DNA of 55,762 nt from Bacillota bacterium (GTDB lineage Bacteria; Bacillota; GCA-003054495; Carboxydocellales; JAJZTU01), in contig JAJZTU010000001.1 in the NCBI GenBank assembly GCA_021848765.1, forward strand, positions 1 to 55,762, read 5' to 3'. Under the pieces are notes generated by a model that was given only the letters and a program-made list of their open reading frames with translations, was not told the origin of the DNA and searched no databases. A program made the translations under genes and the position numbers. How positions within the stretch are numbered: position 1 is the first letter of the stretch; each line of letters opens with the position of its first letter. Below, piece by piece: positions 8,827-17,089 of the stretch.

Positions 8827-10978
8827 TGGCCTTCGCCTCCGCTCTCCCCAGGTCCCAAACCTTCCACCCAGGTATTACTTCAGTTCCGATAACTCCAGCC
8901 AGGATGATATTGTCAAGCTTCCCGTCCAGTTTGTTTAAGCCGTCAATAACCTTCCTGAAGTTAGTAGCGTCCAGATTTTCGATGTTATCAATGGCAAGGA
9001 TCTTAACTTTGGGGTTTGCCCGGTCGATTATTGTAGTCATTAGGGCAATTAATAGGAGCATCTGTTGGCCGGTAGAAAGTGCATCGAAGTTATGCTCATC
9101 ACCATGGCCATTCTTCCAGCCGAACTGGAATATTTCTTTACCGGTTTCCGATTCGGCGCGAAAGAAGAATTCCCGGTCAACGCCCATCAGACTGAGGTTC
9201 GCCTGCACATCCTGTCTAATTGGTTCAAGAATCTCCTTAACCAGCTCTCCCTGGACGCCTTTAGGTCCAAGCGCTTCAGCCAGGTATTTAGCAGCATCTG
9301 CATAGTAGCCGGACTTCTTGCTGTCAATCATGGAGGACCGCAGGTTGGATAGGGTAATCTTGGCCCTTTCCTGCTCCTCTATTTTGACCTTGAGGGTTTT
9401 GATTTGTTCCCTTAAACCGTTTACCCTGATCTGCAGCATATCAACAGGCGCTATGGCTTCCACGGGTTCCTGCTGCAGTTTGAGCAGTTCGTCTTGGTAT
9501 AACTTAAGTTTGTCATCACGCTGAGTTTTGGCATTAGCCATAGCAGTTTTTTGCTGCTCAAGTTGATTAATTTGCCTCCGGGTTTGGTCGTTTTTAAGAG
9601 ATTGTTCGGTCATGCTGGCATGGATGGTTTTAATTTTGTTTCGGAGTCCAGTAACTCGCGGGGCAAGCGTTACGTCCAATTCTTCGCTCATTACTTTGTA
9701 ATAATCTCTGAGTTCGGTCAGTTTAGTGTTGGCGCTGTCTTTCTCACTATTGATATAGTTCATTACCTTAGTGAAGTCTTTTTCGCATCCTATCTTCTTG
9801 CCCGGCAACATATCGCTCAGCAAGCACAGCCCGCCTTGGGTATTAATGGTTTCCGCAATCTTTTCCAAAGCTTTAACGTTGGCCTTTATATCAGCCATTT
9901 GCTGGTATAAATCCTCGCGGCACCTGGTTAATTCGCGCTGCCGATTCTCGGTGACAACTATCTGGCTTTCTATCTGCTGAATGGCATCCTTTGAATCAAC
10001 CTCAGTAATCTGCTTTTGCAAGGCCTTAATCTGCTCATCTATCTCAGTGGAATTATCCGGGATAACTTGATTTTTAAGGGCTTCGATGGTTTTCTGAAGA
10101 CCATCTATTTTAGCCAGCCGCTGCTCAACTAGACGCTTCTTTTCTGTATCCTTGGAAATCTGCTTCTCGACCTCAATCAACTGCTGCTGGAGGAATTCAA
10201 GCTCTGTTTTATTGCTGGAGATATTCCGGTCTGTTTCCTCCAGCTGGTTTTTCAGTTCAGATATCTTTCGGACAGCACCCTGGGCATCTTTCTTCTCACT
10301 CTTCCAGTGGCTCTCCTGAGCCTTGGCCCATTCGAGCATAGACTGAAGCCCCTCCTGCAACCCCAGACTTTCCGGCCATTCTCTCATGGCCTTTTGAATC
10401 AGTTCCGCGGCAACTGCATACTGATCAGGATTGTTTACCTCCAGGTCCATGGTCAGTAGTGATTCTCGGAGGTGCTTCTCTACCTTTTCCCGGTCCCAGG
10501 AGGAGGATTTGACCGGGGACAGTCCGTAGATGAATTCCCTGCGTTTGGAATCTGACAGTTTAAGGAACTCCTGAAAGTCCAGCATTACCGGGAAATCTCC
10601 CATTTCAGCAAGCACTCGGGCTTTCTTGGCCGTGGGGTTCTTCTCCCCTCTGCTCGGGGATACAGTGAGGTCCTGAGCCACAGAGACCTTCATGCTGCCG
10701 TCCTTATCGGTGCTTTCCTTCCTGATGAATGACCTGGTGAAGTGGAAGCCATCTGTCCTTAAGCCAACTGTCATCGTGCCGGCCTGATTAGAGCTGAGCT
10801 TGAAGGTTTCGCTTTCCAATTTGCCTTGGCCGGGGACATAACCCGAAAGGGCTATTCCCAGTGCCTGCAGGCGAGTGGTTTTACCGACACCATTGGGGCC
10901 AAGGATGATATCCTTGCCAGTGAGTTGCTGATTTTCATTCACACCCTTGATGTTCTGCATGATAACCTCACGAATCAT
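8813..10978 (-). CDS. SMC/Rad50/SbcC-like coiled-coil ATPase
   Basis: 721 aa. Walker A is GPNGVGKT, followed by a ~450-aa coiled coil, an ALSTGQQ signature and an ILAIDNIENLD Walker B-like motif. Confidence 0.8.
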   Translation of the reverse strand: MIREVIMQNIKGVNENQQLTGKDIILGPNGVGKTTRLQALGIALSGYVPGQGKLESETFKLSSNQAGTMTVGLRTDGFHFTRSFIRKESTDKDGSMKVSVAQDLTVSPSRGEKNPTAKKARVLAEMGDFPVMLDFQEFLKLSDSKRREFIYGLSPVKSSSWDREKVEKHLRESLLTMDLEVNNPDQYAVAAELIQKAMREWPESLGLQEGLQSMLEWAKAQESHWKSEKKDAQGAVRKISELKNQLEETDRNISSNKTELEFLQQQLIEVEKQISKDTEKKRLVEQRLAKIDGLQKTIEALKNQVIPDNSTEIDEQIKALQKQITEVDSKDAIQQIESQIVVTENRQRELTRCREDLYQQMADIKANVKALEKIAETINTQGGLCLLSDMLPGKKIGCEKDFTKVMNYINSEKDSANTKLTELRDYYKVMSEELDVTLAPRVTGLRNKIKTIHASMTEQSLKNDQTRRQINQLEQQKTAMANAKTQRDDKLKLYQDELLKLQQEPVEAIAPVDMLQIRVNGLREQIKTLKVKIEEQERAKITLSNLRSSMIDSKKSGYYADAAKYLAEALGPKGVQGELVKEILEPIRQDVQANLSLMGVDREFFFRAESETGKEIFQFGWKNGHGDEHNFDALSTGQQMLLLIALMTTIIDRANPKVKILAIDNIENLDATNFRKVIDGLNKLDGKLDNIILAGVIGTEVIPGWKVWDLGRAEAKANEVA

Positions 10979-11910
10979 AAAACCTCACCGTCCCCTCCGA
11001 AATTCATCTGACCCTGGGGCGCGAAAGTTCCGGCCTCGGTCGTTGGTTCGTTTTCATCATCTTCGACTACCGTTGCAGTGGTTTCGATGATCTCTGCCTC
11101 CTGACCGTTGTAGTTTACGGTTTCGCCTTTTACGGCCTGTTCGGCTATTGAGCCAAGTTCCTCTTTGCTGAACTTATGGGTGTAACCAACAACCGGAACT
11201 ACTGCAATTCGGTTCCCATCTGCACCTTGCGGAATGACGGTGACAGTAGCCAGGGCCGGGTGTTTTCTTAGGGCGTTTCGCTCACAAATCGTCTGAGCCT
11301 TGCGCTCTGCAAAGAGCTTGTTTTGGATATAGGTGTCCATTGCTTTGAGAAACTCCGGGTGACCAACATCGACCCAGATGCCCAACTCATTCTCCAGAGA
11401 GAAAAACATACCGGTTTGCAGGTCTTTCTCCGAGAGCATCGGGCGCATACAGGCCCGGCCCATCATTTTATCTCTCTGAATTTTTTTATACAGGTCCTGA
11501 ATAAAGTACATCCCGATATCATAGAGCAGTGTTGAACTGGTGATTACCAGGTTTCCGATAGGAGTTAAGCCTACTGCAATTTTTTTAACCCAGACCTTTG
11601 AAATAGACCCTGATGCCCTGTCGATTATTGGGTACGGGTTTGACACCACATTGCCATCAGGGAGTTGCAGGGTACTGGGGGTAATTACAGAAACGCCGGC
11701 TATTTTGTTCAGTTCATTATATCCATCAGCCGTTACCCGGCACTTCCCCTGAACCACATACAGTTGGCTTTTCCTTTCTTCCAACCGGACATTTGCTTTG
11801 ACGGCCTGAATCTCACCAAAGGGTGTTTTCTTGACAAACACTTCACTATCACCAAGCTGGACAACCTTATTGGGTTGGGTTTTTGTTACTTCACTATTTG
11901 GTAGGGCCAT
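10975..11910 (-). CDS. Hypothetical protein (positional candidate recombination partner of the SMC-like ATPase)
   Basis: 311-aa ORF that overlaps the ATPase gene by 4 nt and has an acidic C-terminal tail. I recognised no family motif. Confidence 0.6.
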   Translation of the reverse strand: MALPNSEVTKTQPNKVVQLGDSEVFVKKTPFGEIQAVKANVRLEERKSQLYVVQGKCRVTADGYNELNKIAGVSVITPSTLQLPDGNVVSNPYPIIDRASGSISKVWVKKIAVGLTPIGNLVITSSTLLYDIGMYFIQDLYKKIQRDKMMGRACMRPMLSEKDLQTGMFFSLENELGIWVDVGHPEFLKAMDTYIQNKLFAERKAQTICERNALRKHPALATVTVIPQGADGNRIAVVPVVGYTHKFSKEELGSIAEQAVKGETVNYNGQEAEIIETTATVVEDDENEPTTEAGTFAPQGQMNFGGDGEVL

Positions 11911-11938
11911 AATTTTTTACACCTCACATTTCAATTTT

Positions 11939-12337
11939 TTAAGCAATATCAATCTCAGCGCATCCCTTACCCCGATGCTTGGGTTTAATGCTATAACTAA
12001 CACTTTCTCTGGTAACGACAAACTCTGTCGCTCCATACGCCTTCAGAAGTTCCTCTGCTATGCCTAATCTCTCAGGATTTTTACAGAGGTAGGTTATTTC
12101 TACTCTGGCGTCGGTTACTACCGTCCTTTGCTCTTCGCCGTCAAATAGGTCGTCTAATTTCTGGCAGAACTTCTCGAGCGATAGGTTAGCTATGCTATCT
12201 GCCCAGTTCTCATAAGCGCATTCCGGACAGTAGTTGCGTTCTACCGGGATAACTCCATCACAATTTAGGCAGGTATTCATTCGGCGCAGACTCTCTTGGT
12301 GGAGCGGCCGGGAGAAGTGGTCTAAACATACGCTCAC
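11939..12337 (-). CDS. Zn-ribbon hypothetical protein
   Basis: 132 aa with a GTG start overlapping the upstream stop (GTGA). It has CLNC...CPEC. Confidence 0.55.
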   Translation of the reverse strand: MSVCLDHFSRPLHQESLRRMNTCLNCDGVIPVERNYCPECAYENWADSIANLSLEKFCQKLDDLFDGEEQRTVVTDARVEITYLCKNPERLGIAEELLKAYGATEFVVTRESVSYSIKPKHRGKGCAEIDIA

Positions 12338-12507
12338 CGGTCAAACCTCCCTTCCCTCACCTGCCACAACAGCGGTGTCGGGTCGTACACAACCATGCTC
12401 TCTTCAGTGTTCACCGGGATTATGTCGACAATGATGCGCCATTTCCGCTTCAGGAAGGCTGCCAACATCTGCGCGGCCCGGTGATTCATCGGGTAGGTGC
12501 TGCGCAT
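12334..12507 (-). CDS. Hypothetical small protein (57 aa)
   Basis: Its ATG overlaps the upstream TGA and its TGA overlaps the downstream GTG. It is below the 60-aa cutoff of the ORF track. Confidence 0.4.
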   Translation of the reverse strand: MRSTYPMNHRAAQMLAAFLKRKWRIIVDIIPVNTEESMVVYDPTPLLWQVREGRFDR

Positions 12508-12629
12508 CAGGCACCCCTCCTTGCCATTTCCTCGGCCTTGGCATCAACCGCAGCCTCTTCCTCTCTGCAGTCGGTACAGATTATCCGTTCGGAGAGTTTT
12601 AGCGGCTCCCCGCATTTCGAGCAGTTCAT
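12507..12629 (-). CDS. Zn-ribbon mini-protein (40 aa)
   Basis: The sequence is MNCSKCGEPL...ICTDC. RBS GGAGG lies 11 nt upstream of the ATG. Confidence 0.4.
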   Translation of the reverse strand: MNCSKCGEPLKLSERIICTDCREEEAAVDAKAEEMARRGA

Positions 12630-12712
12630 TTGCTTTTTTGCCTCCAATCTGATAAAATTAACATGAAAAGTTTATACGAGAACTCTTTCGCCTGCCCTTT
12701 GCATAGCGCCAA

Positions 12713-12958
12713 CTAATGCAAGGGGCTTATTCTTTGCCTAACGCTGGTTAAAACCGCCCTTTCTGCATACATGCTATATTTTTGAGCGACACTATCAGCA
12801 TCCGAATTAGTCAAAATAATTAATTCTGCCACAAATTCTGGCGCGGGAAGGAGCTTGGCTTCCTGACGCTGTATAGTGTTTCTGTGGTAGCCGGATATTC
12901 GCGCAAACCCTTCCTGAGATAAACCCTTTTCCTCTCTGATGGATTTCATAAAGCTCAC
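12713..12958 (-). CDS. XRE-family HTH protein
   Basis: HTH motif is IREEKGLSQEGFARISGYHRNTIQRQE. The best start is GTG at 12958, 8 nt after GGGGG, but the ORF is open up to 12985. Confidence 0.6.
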   Translation of the reverse strand: MSFMKSIREEKGLSQEGFARISGYHRNTIQRQEAKLLPAPEFVAELIILTNSDADSVAQKYSMYAERAVLTSVRQRISPLH

Positions 12959-13037
12959 ATTTTTCACCCCCTTGCACCTGATCATGGTGCTGACAGATTA
13001 TGGCCATTTGCTGTACACTACTCTTGAGCGAAACTAC

Positions 13038-13220
13038 TCACCCCTCCTTGACTACCTTCTTGAGCACTTCCCGCCAACAATTTGCGCATGATATGAGTGC
13101 GCAGTCCGACACCGGCAACTCTCCTCCAGGGCAACAATTGCCCCCGAACATCCTCCCTATGATTGATTCAATCATCTTCTCATGGCTGTAGTTTTTCTGC
13201 CAAGCTTCCAACTTCTTCAC
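13038..13220 (-). CDS. Cys-rich small protein (paralog of 13253-13438)
   Basis: GTG start follows GGAAGGAGG. It has the motif NCCP...C....C.NCWREVL. Confidence 0.45.
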   Translation of the reverse strand: MKKLEAWQKNYSHEKMIESIIGRMFGGNCCPGGELPVSDCALISCANCWREVLKKVVKEG

Positions 13221-13252
13221 CCCTCCTTCCTTTCCCGGCCCCGCTTCCGGGC

Positions 13253-13438
13253 TTATCCCGCCTTCTCCACCACCGCCTCCATCGCCCACAACAGGGCCTC
13301 CTTCCAGCAGTCTTTGCAGGCATCCTCCCGTTCACAGTGCCTTCGGTCATACTCCAGACCAAAATCCAGGGGACAGTAGTTATCCAGCATCTGATTGCCT
13401 TCGATTAGGAGGTTTGCCAACTGCTCTTTGGGTAGCAT
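13253..13438 (-). CDS. Cys-rich small protein
   Basis: ATG lies 6 nt after GGAGG. It has the motif NYCP...C.....C.DCWKEAL. Confidence 0.5.
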   Translation of the reverse strand: MLPKEQLANLLIEGNQMLDNYCPLDFGLEYDRRHCEREDACKDCWKEALLWAMEAVVEKAG

Positions 13439-13598
13439 AGGGGGCCTCCTTTCGGTTCAAAACCACCTCACCCGAAACCATTTTTGCTAAACTGGTAAAC
13501 CATCTCTCCCTGAGCTTCTCCAGCTTTTCTGGAGGCACGTTATCTCTGGTGTAGGTAACGCCGGTTTCTTTGTCGTAGAAGTAAGCTGTAACCGCCAT
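13380..13598 (-). CDS. Hypothetical protein (72 aa)
   Basis: The internal ATG at 13598 overlaps the upstream TGA (TGATG). The sequence begins MAVTAYFYDKETGVTY. Confidence 0.45.
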   Translation of the reverse strand: MAVTAYFYDKETGVTYTRDNVPPEKLEKLRERWFTSLAKMVSGEVVLNRKEAPYATQRAVGKPPNRRQSDAG

Positions 13599-13852
13599 CA
13601 GGAATCCCCCTTCTCTCTCAGCATCTTGGCTATTACCGGTATTGAACACTGGCCTTCCTCTGCGTCCCAAATCGCGCAGCGGTCGCGCATGCACTCCTGC
13701 GGAATATGCTCTACCGTGTCCCTTCCGCTTCGCCAGACGAAAGGCGTTAGGAAGGGACACTTCCTGCCCTCTTTGCGGACTCTTATGGCCAGTTCATCTG
13801 AGATTTCCATGAACATTTTGGGGAGAATTTTTCTGCGCCATTTGAAGAACAA
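13598..13852 (-). CDS. Hypothetical Cys-containing protein
   Basis: TTG start at 13852 lies 8 nt after GGAGG. This is the first gene downstream of the cro-like gene. Confidence 0.45.
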   Translation of the reverse strand: MFFKWRRKILPKMFMEISDELAIRVRKEGRKCPFLTPFVWRSGRDTVEHIPQECMRDRCAIWDAEEGQCSIPVIAKMLREKGDS

Positions 13853-13867
13853 TAGAATCACCTCCCT

Positions 13868-14119
13868 CTAGCTAGCCTGGGACTTTGGGTCTTGATGACT
13901 TTTGTCAGCACTGTCAATAAAAAAAATATCATCAAATCCCACTTTGAGCGCCTCGCAAATATCCTTGGCTACTTTTGGGCCTGGGTTTCTTTCGCCATTA
14001 GCTATTTGGTTAGCATACGGCTCGGATATGCCAATAGCTCTTCCAAAACCTCTTTGCGAATAACCGTTTTTTATTAGCAGTTCCTGAAATCTCGGAACAT
14101 CTTTGAGGCGAATTTTCAT
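13868..14119 (-). CDS. Cro-like XRE-family HTH regulator (first early gene)
   Basis: ATG at 14119 follows RBS GAGGTG. The HTH is YSQRGFGRAIGISEPYANQIANGER. It is transcribed divergently from the repressor gene. Confidence 0.8.
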   Translation of the reverse strand: MKIRLKDVPRFQELLIKNGYSQRGFGRAIGISEPYANQIANGERNPGPKVAKDICEALKVGFDDIFFIDSADKSHQDPKSQAS

Positions 14120-14162
14120 CTCTAAACACCTCGCTTTCTTTTGTAATCTGACTACTGTAATC

Positions 14163-14191
14163 ATATTAGCATGTTTATCTGACTTTTGCAA
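14163..14191 (-). promoter_or_regulatory. Early (lytic) promoter: TTGCAA-N17-TAATAT
   Basis: On the minus strand the -35 is TTGCAA (14186-14191) and the -10 is TAATAT (14163-14168), with 17-nt spacing. It lies about 40 nt upstream of the cro-like ATG. Confidence 0.6.
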
Positions 14192-14214
14192 GCGCTTTTT
14201 TAGCAAAATAATAT
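14186..14214 (+). promoter_or_regulatory. Repressor promoter: TTGCAA-N17-TAATAT, sharing its -35 hexamer with the early promoter
   Basis: On the plus strand the -35 is TTGCAA (14186-14191) and the -10 is TAATAT (14209-14214), with 17-nt spacing. It lies about 45 nt upstream of the ATG at 14261. Confidence 0.6.
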
Positions 14215-14260
14215 CTATTTTTTTATCTCTCGGCTATAATGGTTTTAGGGGTGATTACAA

Positions 14261-14659
14261 ATGCAAGCCAGAGAATTTGGCGAATTCCTTCGTGCCCTAC
14301 GAAAAGAAAAGGGATTGACTATACGGCAAATTGAAACATACACAGGTGTATCTAATTCATATCTATCGCTTGTGGAGAATGGCAAGCGGGGTATCCCTTC
14401 GCCAGATATCCTAAAACAGCTTGCCCCTGCCCTAAAAGTAACCTATGAATTTTTAATGGAAAAAGCAGGATATATAGAACAAGAAGACCCGAAACCACCA
14501 ACGACCATGGACCCCAAAGACTTGGAGGGCCTCATCAGGATGCGATTCGCTAACTCAAAAGTACCAAGGAGAATAAAGGAACACCAACTGCAGTCAATAA
14601 TCAACTCCATCAAATCATTGGAGGAAATGGAAAAAGAAGAGTTTGGAGATGAGGATTAA
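14261..14659 (+). CDS. ImmR/CI-like XRE-family repressor
   Basis: 132 aa with the HTH LTIRQIETYTGVSNSYLSLVENGKR. It is followed on the same strand by the ImmA-type protease and the integrase. Confidence 0.8.
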   Translation: MQAREFGEFLRALRKEKGLTIRQIETYTGVSNSYLSLVENGKRGIPSPDILKQLAPALKVTYEFLMEKAGYIEQEDPKPPTTMDPKDLEGLIRMRFANSKVPRRIKEHQLQSIINSIKSLEEMEKEEFGDED

Positions 14660-14663
14660 AAAA

Positions 14664-14690
14664 CTACCTACCCGAAAGGGCGGTAGTTTT
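14664..14690 (+). terminator. Intrinsic terminator/attenuator between the repressor and immA
   Basis: Hairpin CTACC-ta-CCC-GAAA-GGG-c-GGTAG followed by TTTT. Confidence 0.55.
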
Positions 14691-14739
14691 CGACATTTAA
14701 AAGGTTTTTTCGACATCATTCGTGAAGGAGTGACCCAAT

Positions 14740-15402
14740 GTGACAAGCAAAGCGGAGATTCAGAGCAGGGTTTTTCTTCAGGCTAGAAATATAACCAAGT
14801 ACCCCTTGGACTTAGAGGAAGTAGTTAAAACCTTACAAATGTCGAAACATGTCAAAATTATCTACGATTACACTCTTGATGATGAGATTGATGCATATCT
14901 TTATGAGTCAAAAAGACGGCTTTATATTGTCGTCAATGGCCACCGTCCACCCGAACGACAGCGATTTACTATTGCGCACGAAATAGGGCACCTTTATATT
15001 GGACACGAGCCGGTACGCATAAATGGGTGGGACATGCATGAGGATTACCAGGAAGATGAAGCAAATGATTTTGCTGCTGGGCTTCTTATGCCAGCCTCTA
15101 GGGTATACACTTTAGCCGAACATCACCGTAATGTGTTGCAACTCCTGGAGGTTGTAAAAAAATACTTTGATGTATCCCTGGCAGCAGCAGCAAAGCGCAT
15201 CACTAACCTGGATATTTTTCGAGGCGCAATCTTATTAAAGGACAGGGCTGGGCAAAATACATACTTCAATTACCGCACTTCAGATTTTTATGATGATAAT
15301 GAATATCGGTTTTATCATGAGAAAAAATTGCCCGGGAATAAACTGTTGCATGTACTGGTAGCAGAAACCTACAGACATGTAGTCAGGTGGGAGATAGGGT
15401 AG
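14740..15402 (+). CDS. immA: ImmA/IrrE-family zinc metallopeptidase (anti-repressor protease)
   Basis: 220 aa with the HExxH motif in FTIAHEIGHLYIGHE and a downstream E (EDEANDFAAGLLMP). It is adjacent to the XRE repressor. Confidence 0.85.
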   Translation: MTSKAEIQSRVFLQARNITKYPLDLEEVVKTLQMSKHVKIIYDYTLDDEIDAYLYESKRRLYIVVNGHRPPERQRFTIAHEIGHLYIGHEPVRINGWDMHEDYQEDEANDFAAGLLMPASRVYTLAEHHRNVLQLLEVVKKYFDVSLAAAAKRITNLDIFRGAILLKDRAGQNTYFNYRTSDFYDDNEYRFYHEKKLPGNKLLHVLVAETYRHVVRWEIG

Positions 15403-15627
15403 AAACCGGAGGTTCAATTAGACGCAAAAAAAATTAACGAAGAGGTCGGATCCCCTTTACCAGTTTTTTTAGCTCCAAGTGGACTTAAACCCTTTATATC
15501 AAAGGAGTTGCTAGAAGGATCCCTCACCCCTGTTGAATATCAAGATGGAAAGCGAATTACAAAAGGTTTTTTCGCCCACTGTGGCGAATTCTTTTTCATA
15601 TTTTGGACAAGCATAATTAAGAGGTGA
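15403..15627 (+). pseudogene. Start-less gene remnant, possibly a P63C-domain fragment
   Basis: 74 open codons with no start codon. The segment ..LPVFLAPSGLKPFISKELLEGSLTPVEYQDGKRITKGF.. resembles the LP.FL...NLKPFIS core I recall from P63C-domain phage proteins. Confidence 0.3.
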
Positions 15628-15631
15628 TAGC

Positions 15632-17086
15632 ATGAGAGGATTTGGCTACATTCGGGTTTCAACTGAAGAACAGGCGCAAGATGACCGCTATAGCATTTCA
15701 ACCCAAACTAATAAAATTAAATCTCACTTCAAAAAAAACGGCATCGTGCTGGTTGATACATTCATAGATGACGTAAGCGGGAAGGGTACTGCAAAGAGGG
15801 ATGAGTTTCAGGAGATGCTCAAAAGGTTGGATGAGGTGGATTTAGTCGCAGTTACCGAAGTTGACCGCTATGCAAGAAACATGCTTGATAGCCTTAATAC
15901 CGTTGACCAAATCATAAAACGAGGGAAATCTTTTATTGCCATAGAGGATAACCTGGAAATAACAGCGACCTCATCAGAGAATGATGAACTAAATTTTCAT
16001 GTTAAATCTATGTTTGCCCACTATTTCAGCAAACAACTTGCCAGGAAAGTAAAAAATAATATGCTTGAAAAAGCCTCCAAGGGGGGTTATAACACCAAGG
16101 CCCCTTTGGGTTATAACCTGGCAGAGAAAAAACTGGTTGTGAATGAAAATGAAGCAACAATAGTTAAAAAGATATTCGACTATTACCTTCAGAATATGGG
16201 CATACGAGCCATAGCCGAGGAGTTAAACCGATTAGGCTATAGGTCAAAACCTACCAAGAATTTTCCCGCCGGAGCCCCGTTTCAAGCTTTCCCTGTTCGT
16301 AAAATATTAAAAAACCGGGTGTACATCGGCATAACCTCTTGGGGAGGGATAATAAAAAAAGATACTCATGAGCCAATTATTTCCGAAGAACTATTCAATG
16401 AGGTCCAAAAACGAATAGAAAGAAAAGGTGAAATGGGTGGTCGTGCGCAATCCAGCGATTTTCTTCTTTCTGGAATTCTAAAATGTGGCCATTGTGGGCA
16501 ATCTATGGTTGGTAATAAAAACAAGGGCAGGTACTCCAAAACAAAGGATCGGGCGCCTATTTACCGCCGGTATATCTGCAACAACTACCAGAAAAATGGT
16601 GGGTGCAGCTTTGTTTGGGGTCATTGCGCCGATGTAGAAAAAACAGTATTAGATTATATTGAATCGGAAGTACCAAGAGAGGAGGCCTCTAAGTATTTGA
16701 ATCAAACCCCTATGGCCTTCGACCCGGAAAAACTAAAAAAAGAGCGCGACAGCATTAGACACGCTCTTGAAGAAGAAATGCCTACCAGATATGACAGACA
16801 AATTCAGTTATATGAAAAAGGCAGAATCGATGATGAAAAATTAGACATAGCTTTTAGTCGGCTAAAAAAAGAAGAGGAGGATCTGAAGAAAAAACTCCAG
16901 GAGTTGGAGAGTAAATTAACTCTTACCCCTGAAGCATTAGAGGAAATGCGCAAAGCTCGTTTAGCTACTTTTTATTCGGTTTTCGATAAAGACGACATTG
17001 CCCAACGAAAGGCATGGGTTCAAAACAATATCAAGGAAATCCGCTATTTTGATATAGATACTATTGAGGTTATATCGTATATTTAG
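15632..17086 (+). CDS. int: Large serine recombinase (integrase)
   Basis: 484 aa. It has an N-terminal resolvase domain (GYIRVSTEEQ), a recombinase domain, a Zn ribbon (CGHCG...CNNY..GGC) and a C-terminal coiled coil. Confidence 0.92.
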   Translation: MRGFGYIRVSTEEQAQDDRYSISTQTNKIKSHFKKNGIVLVDTFIDDVSGKGTAKRDEFQEMLKRLDEVDLVAVTEVDRYARNMLDSLNTVDQIIKRGKSFIAIEDNLEITATSSENDELNFHVKSMFAHYFSKQLARKVKNNMLEKASKGGYNTKAPLGYNLAEKKLVVNENEATIVKKIFDYYLQNMGIRAIAEELNRLGYRSKPTKNFPAGAPFQAFPVRKILKNRVYIGITSWGGIIKKDTHEPIISEELFNEVQKRIERKGEMGGRAQSSDFLLSGILKCGHCGQSMVGNKNKGRYSKTKDRAPIYRRYICNNYQKNGGCSFVWGHCADVEKTVLDYIESEVPREEASKYLNQTPMAFDPEKLKKERDSIRHALEEEMPTRYDRQIQLYEKGRIDDEKLDIAFSRLKKEEEDLKKKLQELESKLTLTPEALEEMRKARLATFYSVFDKDDIAQRKAWVQNNIKEIRYFDIDTIEVISYI

Positions 17087-17089
17087 GCA

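Noticed and set aside
8703-9305. Long plus-strand ORFs antisense to well-supported minus-strand genes. Examples are 8703-9305 (200 aa), 39426-40178 (250 aa), 47270-47932 (220 aa), 49569-50303 (244 aa) and 33018-33548 (176 aa), plus the minus-strand ORF 22194-22826 opposite the coiled-coil gene.
   Set aside because: Their composition is low-complexity (Ser/Pro/Leu/Arg-rich). They lack RBSs and lie fully within genes that have clear family motifs, so they are shadow ORFs.
13868-14206. The long (112-aa) form of the cro-like ORF.
   Set aside because: The upstream codons would cover the promoter and operator region. The ATG at 14119 has RBS GAGGTG and gives a normal 83-aa HTH protein.
15400-15627. 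TAG read-through or stop-codon reassignment extending ImmA by 74 codons.
   Set aside because: TAG is used as an ordinary stop elsewhere, for example at 24709 and 21127. The extension resembles an unrelated gene family, so a deletion scar is the simpler explanation.
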